Source of the DNA: Geosiphon pyriformis uo1
Taxonomy: Eukaryota > Fungi > Glomeromycota
DNA length: 64,000 nt
Assembly (NCBI GenBank): GCA_016748015.1
Contig: JAAOMT010000690.1
Span: 434,001-498,000, forward strand
Direction: 5' to 3'
Under the pieces are notes generated by a model. That model ran no database searches. It was not told where the DNA came from and was given only the letters and a program-made list of their open reading frames with translations. The position numbers and the translations under genes were made by a program. Shown piece by piece: positions 1 to 14,255 of the stretch (positions are counted from its first letter, which is position 1; every line of letters begins with the position of its first letter).

Positions 1-1039
1 TAATTTATTGTTTTATAATGTTTCATATTCATCCAAGAGATTTGAGATCACTTTTGTCAAACAATTATACAATAAAAAAAGCTTAATATTTAATTGGAAA
101 AACTTCTATTATTAAAAAAGACTTGATTCAAAGAGCTCAATCCCTTGTTGGTTCAATTTGGCATTGTTACGAGATGGTTTTTTTGGTATATTTAATTGCT
201 GATATCCCGTCTTAATTGCAATCAGTCTCTTATGAGTTCCTTAATTCTAATTGTATAATAATATTGGTATTTAAGCTGCTGGTTTCCTTTTGATGTCCTG
301 ATATAAGCTATTTTTTAATCTCTAATTGTTGTATGTATTTATGTACTCTTTCTCAGAGGCTGAACTGAAATCTACCCACTGTCTGGGGTTTTCTCTGAGG
401 CTATTCTTGCAATTGTCTGATGTGTTTCTCTAATTTAGAAACATGGAATATTAATGGTCTTTAGTGCTTTTTCTAATTCTCACAATAAAGCTTTTATCAA
501 TTAGTAACAACATGAATAATCTTAATCAGGGATTATTCTTCCAAAGGATTCAGCTAATAAATGATAGTTTTATTCAATAATTAACACAAATGAGTTTTTT
601 ACTACTTTGGAGTTGTGATAATTCAGTTTTAAATATTTTTTTTATTTCTTTTTGATTTAAAGGTTTCTTGGAATATTTAATTTAAAAAGTACGATTTAAA
701 GTGGAGTTTGTTGGATAAATTGGATCTATTGCTTGATAAGTTATGATTTTTATTACTTGATTTTACTTTTTTCAATATTAAAACTACTGTATATATACAT
801 GTTTGTAGTTCTACAAGAAAATACATTGTAATACTTTTTTTTTGATATTTCAACTTGGTGTTTGTTGCTATCACCAGTTGGTGTTGGCTGCTATTGTGAA
901 CTGATGTTTGCCACTATCGTGAGATGATGTTTGCTATTATGTTAATCATTACTTTTCTAAGATTATTATTGCACTATATTATGATTGAATAGTTTATATT
1001 GTTTTTATGATTCTTTTGCTAAATTCTTAAACCATAACA

Positions 1040-2585
1040 GCATGTAATTTCTTGGTTAAGTTTTCTCTTTTGGCTGATTTACCTATTATTGGCTCTTAGT
1101 TTCTGGATATTTGTGGTTCTGATGATGTTTTTGGGTTAAAACAATGTCTTTCTGCTACTGAATTAGGTGTCATTAATGTTTACACAGATGGATCTTTAAG
1201 AAATTTGGGTATGTGTAAGATGAGATATAGTGCAGCTGTATATTTTTCTGATTTGGATTTAGATATTGGCATTAAAGTTAATAGATTGGTATTCTCTACA
1301 ATAATAAAATTGCAGGCAATTGTTCTGGCTTTGGAATGTGTTTTTTCTGACAGTTTTGTTGTGATGTATTCAAACAGTTAGACTGTCTTAAATGCTTACA
1401 CTGGACTTTTGTAATTATTGTTGAATAGAACAGTATAGTGTGGTGGGATTTATTAGGAATAAGAGACTCAATGTTTCTTAGTATAAAATTAAGGAGCATT
1501 CAGGTGTTTTAAGTAATGAACATGCTAATGAGCTGGCTGGTTTGGCTGTTGATTTGAGTTTTGTGCTTTTTGTTCTAATTAAGAATAGATTCATTAGAGC
1601 TGATAGAGTAGTAGTATTTGGGAATATTTGTTATTTTTGCTTAGAAAATTTACAGGGCTGTATATTGTTCTTGTTAAAAGATTAGACCTGGTTTTAATAT
1701 TATTGACAAAACCATGATTGGTAATGTAAATTGGGTTTGTATTACATTGGTTTAACACTCTAATTCACACATGGCAGCTGGTTTTATGAACAAATTTACA
1801 GCTGATTTGCATTCATATTTTATGAAGGCTTTGCATTATTATCTATTAGTTGTTGTTTGAAAACATCTATATAATAAGAAGTACTCCAGTATATTATGTC
1901 TTTATTGTAAGAATATGAAGAGTTTTGACTATTTGTTCATGTGCACATTTAATGCTAGGATTTGTAAAAACCTAATTAGGTCTTATCTGTCTTGGTAGGA
2001 TGTCTTGTCAGGCTTGAACTTGGTCTCATTCCAGATTTTGCAGATGTTTTTTTTGTGTACTTCTAATAATATTGTTTATATTGCTTTGTGTAAAAATTTT
2101 TTGTTCAAAGATTGGTTTTTGGAAATCTTGTTTATTTTTGATGGCATTAAAATTACCAATGAGATTGTTGTAAATTTTGTTTGAAACTTGGGAATGGCTT
2201 ACTATACTGATATATAGATAGTTCAGATTAAGTATAAGGTAATCATAAAAAAAAGAAGTCTGATCATAGGTAATGGTTTGGTTTTGCCTGAGGTTTGTAG
2301 TCTGTCATCTTTGCTTTCTGTTGGGATTATTAAGTTGCTTGGTATTACTAAAGCACTTGGTATTAGCTTTGGTTTTTGTAGGTCTTGCTGTTTTTTTTCT
2401 GGTGTTAATAATACAGTATCTGTTAAAATAGATTTGTAATATTGTTTTAATTGGTTCAAGTGGCTGGTTATATGTAAAAAGTGTATGATTTGTATCTAGT
2501 TTAGATCACTTAGTTTAATGTATTATGCTAAGTGATATTTAAGCCTTACTTATTAAACATGAAAAATAAATAAATAAATAATATT
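1040..2585 (+). mobile_element. Degenerate 5'-truncated LINE: RNase H region, C-terminal Cys/His finger, 3' UTR and A-rich tail
   Basis: Translates to DICGSDD...VYTDGSLRNLG near 1110-1210 and is colinear with the reverse complement of 9470-10950. It ends in ttacttattaaacatgaaaaataaataaataaata. It has many stops, and the 5' boundary is approximate. Confidence 0.9.
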
Positions 2586-2599
2586 AGAAATTATAATAG

Positions 2600-5330
2600 T
2601 TTATTTTAAGTTTATGTTTTTGTATATTAAAATTAAACAAATAATAACATTTTTAATAGCAATAAAATCGAAATATATAATAATATAATATGTATATATA
2701 TATAAAACAAAATTGCATAAAATAAAACAAGTTTTCTTATTATAAAATAATTTAGTTCTAAAAAATTATAAATATTAATATTTATTAGTAGTATATATAA
2801 GAAAACATGATAAAAGTCTCTTAAATTTTATATTTGTTTGTTTTTATTAACTTTAATCATATGTACTAAGTCTTTGCTTACCAAAATTAATTATTTAAAA
2901 GCTATTAAGTTAACAACTTTAGTACTTTTAAATTCAACTAACTCCTTTTATTAAAGATTAATTAATTGTATTTTTAATGTTTTAATTTTATCAAATTTAA
3001 ATAATATTAATTTTAGCATTAATTTAAATAAATTAACCAGAATTTTTTTAATAATAACTTTTTAATTTAATCTAATATTAATTTTTTTTATATTAGTATT
3101 AATTAAAATTTTTTTATCTATATTTAATTATTTAATAGCTTTTAAATTAGCTTTGAACATAAATATAAATCTAATAATATTTTGGAATTTTAAAAAGTTA
3201 ATATTTTTCTAAAATTATTAATTTTGTAAAAAAAAGTTCTAATATGATTAAGTTTTTTATTTAGAATATTGTCAAATATTACTATAAAGTTAATATTTAA
3301 AGAAAAATACTTAATTAAATTAAAGCATTTTTTTTCAATTTGTATATTAAAATATAGAATAAAACTAACAACTAAAAACAGTAAAAAATTTGAAACTTTA
3401 TCATTATTTAATGAATTAAAAAACAGCTTTTTAGATGGCTTTTCTAAATTATAAACTTTAATATAAATGTTTTTTAATATAGTTTTATCTATATATTACT
3501 GTTATTAAAATTATTTAGATTAATATAACTGGTTTTTTCTATTATTGTATTTTTTAAATTTTTTAAGTTAGATGTTTTATTAATATTTTTTTTTATTTCA
3601 ATTTTATTGTCTTAAAAATAATGCTTAATTATACCAATATTTTTTAATACATCTATAATCAAAAATCTATTTAATAAATTCATAATATTAAACTCAATAG
3701 CTAATTTTTTGGATTTTTTTTAAAAATTTTCAAATTATAAATATAGATATTTCGATTTTTTTTGTGTTAAAACAGTCTTATTATAAGCAAAAAATTAATA
3801 AAACAAAAGATTTTTTTTTACAATAATATTTGTTATTAATTTTAAAAATTTAAAATAAAACATAAAATAATAGTAGTAATATTATTTTATTAATAATTAT
3901 AAACTATTTATTTACTTTCAAATATTTTTAAAAAAATTATGCAACTATAATTTTAAAATTAATTATATATATTAAATTTATACAAATTTAATTTATTTTT
4001 TTAATTTAATTTTTTTTTGATTATTTCCATCATTTTTAATAGCTTTTTTTTATTATTTGTTAACATATTATATTAATTTATAAATTTAAATCAGTTTTTT
4101 TAAATTATTGTTGTCTTAAACAAATATATCAATATATTTTGTAATAAGTTATTTAAATTATTTATGTTAATTCAAAATAGTTTTTTAATAATAACATAAT
4201 AATTTTTAATAAATTTTAATAATGTTTGATTTAAAAAAAAATATTCAATAATTTTTGCAAATTTTAAAACTTTTTAAAGTATATTTTTTTAAAAATATTA
4301 TTATATATGATTTTAATATTTTAAAATAATTAAATTATTAAAATTGTAAAAATTAATATTAGATTTTTTTATTTTTTTGAAAAAATAAATATTAAAAATT
4401 AAGATTTTATATTTTTTGCAAATTTGTTTATTTAATTTAAAAAATATGTTAAATTATATAAAATTTTAAATAAATATATACTATATAATACTTTTTAAAA
4501 AATAATATAAGAATTTGATAAAATTTTTTTGAAAATTAAAAACTATATATTACCAATATTATAAATTGTTTAATTAAACCAAAATCTTGGTTTTAATGTT
4601 TTTTTATTGTTTTTAATTATTAAACAATAATAATAAAAATTGTTAAAAAAAATAGTAGCTTAATTATTAGTTTGTTGTTAAAAATTTTGAAATAATAATA
4701 ACAATATTAAAACTGGTCTTAATTAATTATTTATTTCAAAAATGGTTTTTTTAAAAAAATTTGTTTAGTTGTTTTTATTTTTTAAGAAATTTTTTAAATA
4801 TTAAAATTATTAAAAATAATAAAAAAAAGTTGTTTTTACTTTTTGTTTTGGAAATAATTATAAAAATATGAAAAAATAATAATAATTAAATATTGTGTTT
4901 TATAATAAAGATAAAAATATATTAATAACATAATTAAAAATAATTAAATAAAATTAGAAAAATAAATAAAAAATTAAAAAAATTATAAATTAAAAATATG
5001 ATTAATTATAATAATAATAAAACAATTAAAAAATAGTTTTTATAATTTATTTTAAAATATTTAAAGTAAAACATAAAATTGTATTATTTTTTTATTTAAA
5101 TTTAATAATATTAATTGAAATTTGAAGTTAAAAATGTTATTAAAATTATATTATTGTTAAACTATTATTTTTTAAATTGTAAATTAAAAAACAAATAATA
5201 GTAATTTATCAATTAAATTATGTATATTAAAAATAACATATTTTAATTACAAATTATTTTATTTAATCAAAAATTTCTCTATTTGATTATTTATTATTAT
5301 TTGCATTATATTATATATGTAATAAAAATT
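2600..5330. repeat. Extremely AT-rich tract, probably fully decayed transposon DNA
   Basis: Roughly 85-90% AT by eye, almost no CpG and no credible ORF, with an abrupt switch to normal composition at ~5335. The source family is not identifiable. Confidence 0.55.
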
Positions 5331-5943
5331 AGAATTTGAGCCAACATTCAGAATAATGAGTTTAAAAAATCAGTTTTTATCAAATTTTTGGTCACTCTTT
5401 GGGTTATTAGTAATTTCGAAGAAATTTGGAAGAGGAAGCGCCAAACTTTTCCCAGCTAATAAAAAGATCAATTGCAAAAACGCCAATTCGACTTAAAATT
5501 TACTCCGTTACCATTATTTCTTTTTGGTGTTGTTAAATTTACAGTGCAAGAAAGTAAAGTATTGAAGGGAAAAGTTCTCTATTCCTTAACATATAGATAA
5601 ATATATTTTTGGTTCAAGATTTTTGTAAATTATTGACTCGGAAGTATTTTATTACTCTCCATTTTCTTTTTTACATGCACAAGAAATTCTGCCTAATAAT
5701 CTCTTTTACAATCTATGAACCAATAAGCATTGTATACTGCTACAATGTTATGGATCAATCTCTTTTGACTAGGATTGGATTCTTATTTGCAATTCTATAT
5801 TTACAAGATACAAATCTGACATAAAACTCGAAGGAAACCAGCCTTTGAAGGTTATCTGGACAATTTATGCGTAAATAATGTTTCCTCTTCCGATTTACTA
5901 AATGGAGATCTCATTATTGTGCTTGAACCAAATTTACTACCAT

Positions 5944-7207
5944 TTAATATTTGACGCTTTTAGATCGTATTGGGCTTAGCTTTCGTACATCAATACTCTT
6001 CGCTTCACCTTCCAGGACCATCTCTGCAATTACAAGTCCTGTGCCCGGAGAATTTAAAATCCCCCACACCGAGTGTCCTGATGCAATATAAATTCCTTCC
6101 AACCAGGGAACTTTTCCTATAAGTGGACGGTTATCCTCTGGTATTGGCATGAAGCAGCATTGTTCTGTGACAATAGGAGCAACCCCAAGAATATCTGGTG
6201 ATAGAATTTGCATATTATTCTTAAGATTCTTGATAGCTGTTGGGCTGGGCACATATTGTTCTGCAGACTCTGGCAGTTCACCAGTGTCTAATTCCCCAAA
6301 AATATATACATCACCATCTGGTCGAGGGTAGATTTCTGGTTCGGCAAATTTTCTTCCAGTATTTAAAGATACAAAACATACATGTGCAGATAGAGGTGCA
6401 GATGGTCGAAGAATAATACTGTGTGCTCTTTGACCAGTGATATCCGGAAGATAATATGAACGACCACTCTTTTTTATGAGCCAATTAAGAGCTTTCCCAC
6501 TCCAAGGACCCATTGCGATGATAACCGTGTCTACCCGAAGAATCTCTCCATTTGATAGATATACCCCTTTAACTTTATTTCCATCAAATTCGAGACCTTC
6601 TGCCCGAGCAATCAATACCGTAGCCCCACGCGATTTGGCTTCTTCAATCAATGTCTGAGTGAACTTATACGGATGAAGTTGAGCAGTTGTTTGGGTATTG
6701 CCCACTTCTTTATATTTTGTTATTACCCCGCGTTTCAACCAATCTGTTGGAGTTGGTTTATTGCTTACTGCCTTGACTGATGCTGAAACAGAATAAGTGT
6801 CTACAACTCGCCAATCATATCGCTTTTTCCCGTCAAGTTTTCTCGAAAGTTCGTAATGCATTTCAAAACTCTTATGTGCAAGGTCTTCTTGAGGTCCGCC
6901 ATTGCACCACTCACGAGCCAAAAAGCCTCTAGTGAAAAGGAAAATAGAGAAGTTATTCGGACAAACTGTTGGAACGCTAATGCGAATTTATGGTGCTTTA
7001 CACAGAGGAAGCAAAATATAAAACCATAAAAAAAGACAAGTACGCTGCTTTGCCTGACGCTGCACATGCAATCCCAGTCTGCTCTATGACTGTTATTTTT
7101 AGCGAAGGATCTTTGTTAAGCAAGGTAAGGTGGTAGGCGATAGATGAACCAATGATCCCCCCGCCAAGTACGGCAATATGTCGTCCAGAACTTTTAGTTT
7201 TAGTCAT
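5944..7207 (-). CDS. FAD-dependent oxidoreductase, DAO/glycine-oxidase-like family (similar to fungal Tda3-type proteins); 2 exons (7207-7044, 6928-5944), 382 aa
   Basis: N-terminal Rossmann motif IAVLGGGIIG. Removing a 115-bp intron (GTACTT...CACTAG, 7043-6929) gives ACAASGKAAGFLAREWC, the family motif. The C-terminus has DNRPLIG and ASGHSVWGILNSPGTG. The joined length is 1149 nt (383 codons). Confidence 0.93.
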
Positions 7208-7559
7208 TAAAGCAAGTATATTTTCGACTTTTGTTGAGTCACAGCTAGCTGAAGTTATTCAAAAGAATAAAGAAAGTTCAAGAGCCAGTCTCAATATAAT
7301 ATTCAAATCTGATCATGTCCAGAAAGTAACATATTCGAAGTCTATTTTTAAAACAGTGACCTCACAGATTTCCATTAAATTAATCTAAAAAAAGGTTACA
7401 TTAATGCATCAGAATTAGTTAATTTTGTGACAATCGCACAATTTCTTTTCTTAGGAATCGACCAAGTATAATTGATGTACAAAATGAGAACCTCTTTTTA
7501 AATGAAAATTTTTATTGGGTTGAAAATTTTTTTGGCAAACATCTTAATAATTAAAAAAT

Positions 7560-9450
7560 AATATTTCTATTATTACCAAAAGTTTTAATACTTTAACAAG
7601 CTTATGGCAAAATTGTAACAATTATTACTATTACTATTATTTTTTATTAATTTTAATTATGTTTAAACCGAGCTTTTTTATTGTTTTTGTTTTATCAATT
7701 TTAACAAAAACAATTAATTTTAATCTAATTATTAATAATTAAAGAACTAACGACTATTATTACTAATAGCATAACTAAGAAGAAATTAATAAAAAAAGTT
7801 ACTTATGAACTTATTAGTAATGGTTCTATAAAAAAAGATAAAAACATAAAAATTTTAACAATAAAACAGATCTTTTTTTAAACAAATTGTTATTTTTAAA
7901 TAAATTTTTAATAAACTTTAATAAATATAATAATATAGAGATTAATACAAATTTTAAGTTAAAAAATTTGTAACAGTAAATAATAAATTTAAAGTTAATA
8001 GTAAAAACAAAATTCTTTTGAATTTTTAAACTAATGCTTTTAGAATAAAAAAAGTAAATATTAACAAATTGGTAACTTTTTTACTATAATATTAAGAATA
8101 AAAAAATGTTTTTTTGTCTGTTTTTTTATTGTATTAAAGTTTAATTAATCTGTTATTGTAATTATTAAAAAAGTAAAAAGTAATTATTATATATTAAATT
8201 TTAATTTTTTGGCTGTTAAAAAAAATTCTATAAAAAAAGTATTAATAATTAAAAAAGTATTTTTTTTAATATATAATTTTAAAGAGATTTTTATTTTTTT
8301 AAAACTTGAATTTAGCTAGTTTGTTTAATTATTAACTATTGTTTCTTTTTTTTATCTTTTTTGTAACATTTTAATATGAATAACTGCTCTTTTTTTTGTT
8401 TTTTAATATTTTTATTAAGTTATATGTTTATTTTAACAGTATTTTTTGAAATGTATTTTCTGTTATTGGTTTTATTAAATATGTTGTTATTTTTTTTTTA
8501 TTTATAGTGTTATTATTTTCTTATATATTAGTATAAATAATATTTTGTTTTATTGTTTAATAAACAAATAATATTAATAATATAAACAAATTTTATTCTT
8601 TTTAATTCTTTTAATTAAACTTAATTAATGCTTTATACAATATTTTATTGAATTTTTTGACTAAATTATTTGTTTATAAATAATATAATAATAATAATAA
8701 TCTTTTTATTTTAAAATTTTGGCTTAATTTACTTAATGTTCTGTTTACAAAATAAGTTTTAATTAAATAATAGTTTTTTAAACATCTATATTAATATATT
8801 AAGTTTTAATAAATAAATTTTGTTATTAATTTTACATTAACTTTTTAAATTAATTTTGTTTTTAGTTATTAGTAAGATAGTTTATGATAACAACAATATA
8901 TTTATTGCTTTTAGTTATTATTAATATGATTTAATCAAATTAATTCCAATTTAATTAAATATTTATTTTACTTTAATTAATTTTAGCAGTTTATTTAGCT
9001 TTATTTTTTTTCTTTGGTAAATATTACAATTTTAAATATTTTTTTTATGTTTAAATATATTATTAATTAATAATATGGTTTTTTGATTTTTTTAGTATTA
9101 ATTTTTAATTAAAAATTTTACAATTAGATTTAAATACATATTAAACAATTTTGTTTTTTTATTATTTTTAATAGATTATTTAGACTTTGTTAATTTTTTT
9201 GGTATAGTATATTTTAATAATTAAAATAATATCTGACTTGTTAATATATTTTATTTTGTTTATTTTGAGATAATTTTTTTAAATTGTTTAATAATAATAT
9301 AATATAATAGTTATTAATAATTTTTATTGTTTATTTTGTTGTTTTATTATTGTTTTTCTTCTATAACTATTTTATTTATAACAAATTATTTTTATTTTTA
9401 TTTTTTATAATAAATTATATATTTGAATAGTAAAAAAACTGTTTTTTATT
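7560..9450 (+). repeat. Highly decayed AT-rich repeat, partly LINE ORF1-like; target of the full-length LINE, probably continuing at 16205-16810
   Basis: 8190-8300 reads roughly FLAVKKNS...IKKVFFLIYNFKEIFIFLKL, an AT-shifted version of ORF1 LVAIAGRSS.EKLSFIRKIF..VNGFGGASISLKF of the neighbouring LINE. Confidence 0.45.
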
Positions 9451-9588
9451 TGATAATTTTTTTTTTAATCATTTAATAAGTAAAGTCCAAATACTACTTA
9501 GTACTATACATCAAAGAAATAATCTAAACTAAGTGCGAATCATGCACTTTCTACATGTGACCAGCCACTCGAGCCAGTCAGAACAACA

Positions 9589-12500
9589 CTACACAATTAT
9601 ATTAACAGAAACTGAGTTACCAATACCTGAAAAAAAAGAACAAGATTTGCGAAAGCTAAAATGGATGCCAAAAGCTTCAGCAATACCAAGCAATTTAACC
9701 ACACTATCTAAGAACCTTGACACCAAACCAGAAACCAAGACAGAAATTGAGCCATTCACCAGGATCAGGCCATTTCTTTTTATGTATGCGTGATGCTTGG
9801 CACAAACCAGCCAAATGTTATTCCTGAAAGTGACACAAAGAGAGTGCACAAAATCAGCAATCTTGACACCAGCAACTTTGGGATCATGGAAGATGGAAAC
9901 AGCCTCCTAAATCCATCTTTTGAATACAAAACTCTTGTAAAGAGCTGAGAATACCAAGAAATCTGAAGTGCAGATCAACAGCAACTGCAATACACTTGAA
10001 GAAAAGAGGGTAAGACCAGAAAGCGTTTTCCAAGAAGACATACAGAATTTCAAAACCCGACAATGAGCTGAATCATCAATTACACAAAAAAACACATGAT
10101 TAGATACATCCACTTCACCACAATACAGACACAAAACACTAGGATAACATCTATCATAAACATGCTTTCAAACAGCCATGGGAAGCTAATGGTGTAAAGC
10201 CTTCATAAGATAAATACAAACATCAGCAATGTGCCTGTTAGTGAAACCTGTTGCCATATGCAAATCAGAATGCCAAACCTTAGAAGAACTAGGCCAATCA
10301 ACATCCAAGTGTAAATCTCCAGATAGAAACCCAAAACCAGAACCGACCTTCCAACACACCCAACAAACAGCATGAAAAATGTCTTGAACAAAGTGTCTAG
10401 AATTACCAAAGACAATACCACCATCTACTAACAAAAAATGTTCATTAACATGAGAAGGAAGAAACCATTCAGAGAGAGTTGTAGTGTTAGCGATGCTATT
10501 GGCCCAATTATTCCCCAACACACCAGAGTGACCCTTAACCTTGTGCCAGCTAACCCGTAAATTTTTACTGCAAATAACATTCCTAATATGCTGGCACTCA
10601 ACCCAACACTGATTGTGAAAGTCAGAATACACCAAGTCAATCTCTAACATGCAAGCATCCAAAGCTGTTTGACTGTTTGAAAACAGACAAACAGAACGAG
10701 CCACAAGTACACACTTCAGAGCCAATTCTATAGCCTGCAATTCTGCCAAAGTAGACGACACCAAACCCTGAATACTGATACCTAAACCCAAGTTAACGTT
10801 CTCAAAAAAAGCCCTACAACCAGTCATGCCCAAATTTTTCAACGACCCATCTGTATACACAGACAAACTATCAGCACCAACCCAAAAAAGATGATTACAT
10901 ACAGATGCAAAATTATTAGAACCACAAATGTCTACAGAACCAATACCAACTGAGACTAAGAGAAAAGAACGGGAAGTCACAAGAAACTTAACTGAACATT
11001 CGAACTACTCAGGAACTGAACCACAAGGATCTAGTCTCTTCCACTACTTAAAAGTGAGCCAGCTAAAGACATTACTACAACAATCCCAAAGCTGGTCTAC
11101 AAAGGCAACGCCATAATGCCGAAGGAACGGTAAAAACTTGAAAAACAAAGATTTGCTAAGAATAACAGACATAGGAACCCCACCACAAAACCAGAAGGCA
11201 CTGGCCAAAGAACCACCCAAAAACAGCTTGCAGTCAAGAAGGATGGAAACCACACCAGCCAAGAAATTATTAGAAACACTGACATGAATACAAATAGGAG
11301 AGATTAAAGGATGGATCGGCTGCCAACACAGAACTTGCAAGTTATAAGACCTGTAACTGAACAAATGCCCCAAAATCCCACTAGAGTTTGTGAAACTAAT
11401 AAGCAAAACAACCTTACTTTCCAACTAACACTGTAAAAAGAACTTTAAACCATAAAAAGAAGGATGGTAAATCATATTACTAGAAAAGTCTAGCAAAAGA
11501 TCAGATTTAAGTTTCAAGCCTTTGTGAACCAGAGCATCCCATTTGTTGCAAGTACCAACAAGAACAAAGCTGAACTGCATTCTATAGCTAATTATAAAAT
11601 GGAAGACTGCCAACACCAGGTACAAAAATTGCTTATCTGAAACTGCCTTCCTTAAGACCAGATTGGTGAAAAAATGAACATCTGAATTCGCTTTAGCCAA
11701 ACTAGGCTTCGAAAGACCCTCAGTTAAGATAAAAATACCCAAGTACCAATGAAATTCACCCTTTTTGGCGATGGAGATTGGCAAGCCATTGATGGAGAGA
11801 AAAAGATCACTGGTCCTGCAATTGATGAGAATGACCACTGTTTTGTTATTATTGATTGAAATATCATTAATTTGAAAAAATTTGCCAGCTACATTGAGAA
11901 TATGCTAAGTAGCATTTAACTGCTATCAACCCAGATTGTATCATTGACAAAAGCATTAGCAGCAAAGAAAGAAGAGAGCCCAGCCTAAGATTCAGCACGA
12001 CCACTTTTAGACACAAAATGAGAATTTAACCTATACTCACACACACTTCCTTAACACTTGACTTCACACAACAGAGGATCATAAAATATATGCCACAGAA
12101 AAGAGAAAAAAACCTCTTCTTGATCCAGGCCATCGTGCATGTGATAGCCATTTGTCAAACTGAAATCTGTTATCACATGGTTGGTGCGGTTCTTATGAAT
12201 ACTGCCAAAAAACTGAATAAATTTACTGCACATCTTAATTCTCACCAAATTTTTCTCAAGGTGCTCCCAGCCAACTGAATTGTAAGTTTTTCACATGTCC
12301 TGTAAAACCAAATATAGCTCTTGGTTCTTCTTCAGAGCATCTTCAACAACTGAACCAATAGCAAAAATAGGTAACTAAGTCATCATACCCTTTAAAACTG
12401 AAAAATTGTCACCACATAGGACATCATGAGAGCTGCAAGCCAGTGAGATCCTGTTCAAAAAAATCTTAGAAAAAATTTTGCGAGCTGTTTTGATCAAAGC

Positions 12501-14255
12501 AATAGAACAAGTATTCGTAAAAACACTTTTTCACTCATAGGGCTTGGGAATCATTGAAATCCAAGCCTCTTTTCAAGGACCAGGTACTGATTCACAAGAT
12601 AGACAAGAATTCAACAGTACCAGAAGCAAACCCAAAACTGACTTATCACAATGTTTCTATAGCTTATTAGAGATGCCTAAGAGACCAGCGGCTTTGCCAT
12701 TAGACAGATTAGAGACCACATGATGCAACTCATCAAAATCAATCACACACATCATCCCAGAAAAGACCTCATTAAAAATGTAGTCCAAAGGTCGATACTG
12801 ATGAGACCAAGTATCAGAGACATCATTGATCACCACATGCTTTCTGGTCTATCCTTCCATAATATCATCTACTCTGGATTTTACCAAATTAGGTTCAAGA
12901 ACTAACTCATCACCCATGACCAAATGATCTAAAACCACCTTGCAAAAGAGTTGTTCCAGCACACTTCTGATTGTGTGACCTTTATCCACCTCAAAACTCT
13001 CCATCTTCTTATCAATAGCAGACCTAATATTTGCTTCTTTAGCTTTCAAAGACTCAGCAAGTTTGGATATGTGATAAGATCTTCTAGCACTAAAAAGAGC
13101 AGAATGAATATCATCAGTGCCAGCACCAGAATCCACCACACTCTGCACAACTGAAGTCCTATTATCATCCAAAGAAACCCAATGTTCTATAAAAGACTCA
13201 AAATTTGCAACACATTCTTCATGTAAAGCCTTGACAATTTTGGAAACCAAAAGCTCCAGTTTGTGAAATCTTAAAGATTCCTTGGTGAAAACATTATCGA
13301 AGCCCTTGAACCACTTTTTCTTAAACACTTTACTAGTTGAGAGAACCATTATCTTGTGAATAATGTCCCACATTGCATCCAAGTCTGAAAACTGCACAGA
13401 AACAGCAAATTCATCTGAGAACATTGTAGCATTGGCCAATATAGCACCTTTAAAATTGTTCCATTTAATCTCATCAGCACCCTTAAAATCAAACTTCCAA
13501 CAATTTCTATTTGTCTGTTTGTGTAGAGAATTCAACTGTGCATCCAAAAGCCCATCCAAGCCTATGGACACAGAAACAGCCTGGTAATCCATGTCATAAT
13601 GTTCGCCAACCTTCAAAACATCACGATGTATGATTGCATTGACCAGACTTGAGGAAACAAACATGTAATCAATAGTCTTCTTCATGCCCCTTGAATTCTC
13701 CCACATAGGATTTTTTGCAACTGAACTACCTGACAGAGAGTTGACTAGCCCCAAATCGAGGCACTTCTTAAAACTCATGCTTTTACGCAAACCATCTTCA
13801 TTGAAATTACCCCCAAGAATAACAAAAGAAGATTCATTAACAGCCTTTGCAATGAGAGAGTTAATCTCACCAGCCTAAGAAAACTGAACCACCAAAAAAG
13901 TGCCTGTGTAAAGCCCCAAAATTGATACCAAAAGTTTATTCTTGAACAGCAACTTGATAGATAGGAGCCAACCAGGCACCTCAGAAACTTTGCACACATG
14001 TCTTGCCAAAAAAGAATCTATGATGATTACAACACTAGCACCCCAATAACCAGAATCCAAGCCAGAGGTAAACACCCTTACATCATTAAATTTGTTGATG
14101 ATCTAGGGGCAAACTTTTTCCTTTAACTTTGTCTCCATAAAAATTGAAATCAAATTGTTTATGTCATTGTGTCAACAAATAATGTCATCCTGTTTTGCAG
14201 GATTATTCATTCCTCTAATATTGCATATGGCAACCTTCCAAACAAGCTCACTTAT
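9589..14255 (-). pseudogene. LINE ORF2: apurinic-type endonuclease, reverse transcriptase, RNase H, Cys/His finger
   Basis: Endonuclease: WKVAICNIRG, ILGGNFNED, KTIDYMFVS. RT: GLDQEEVF, AFVNDTIW (degenerate FVDD), YLGIF. RNase H: VYTDGS, STLAELQAI, WHKVKGHSGVLGN. C-terminal finger: CLYCGEVDVSNHVFFC. Confidence 0.92.

Noticed and set aside
1-1000. Possible gene or LTR at the window start, including the 677-874 ORF
   Set aside because: CpG-poor and probably repeat-derived, but I could not match it to any element here or to a known protein.
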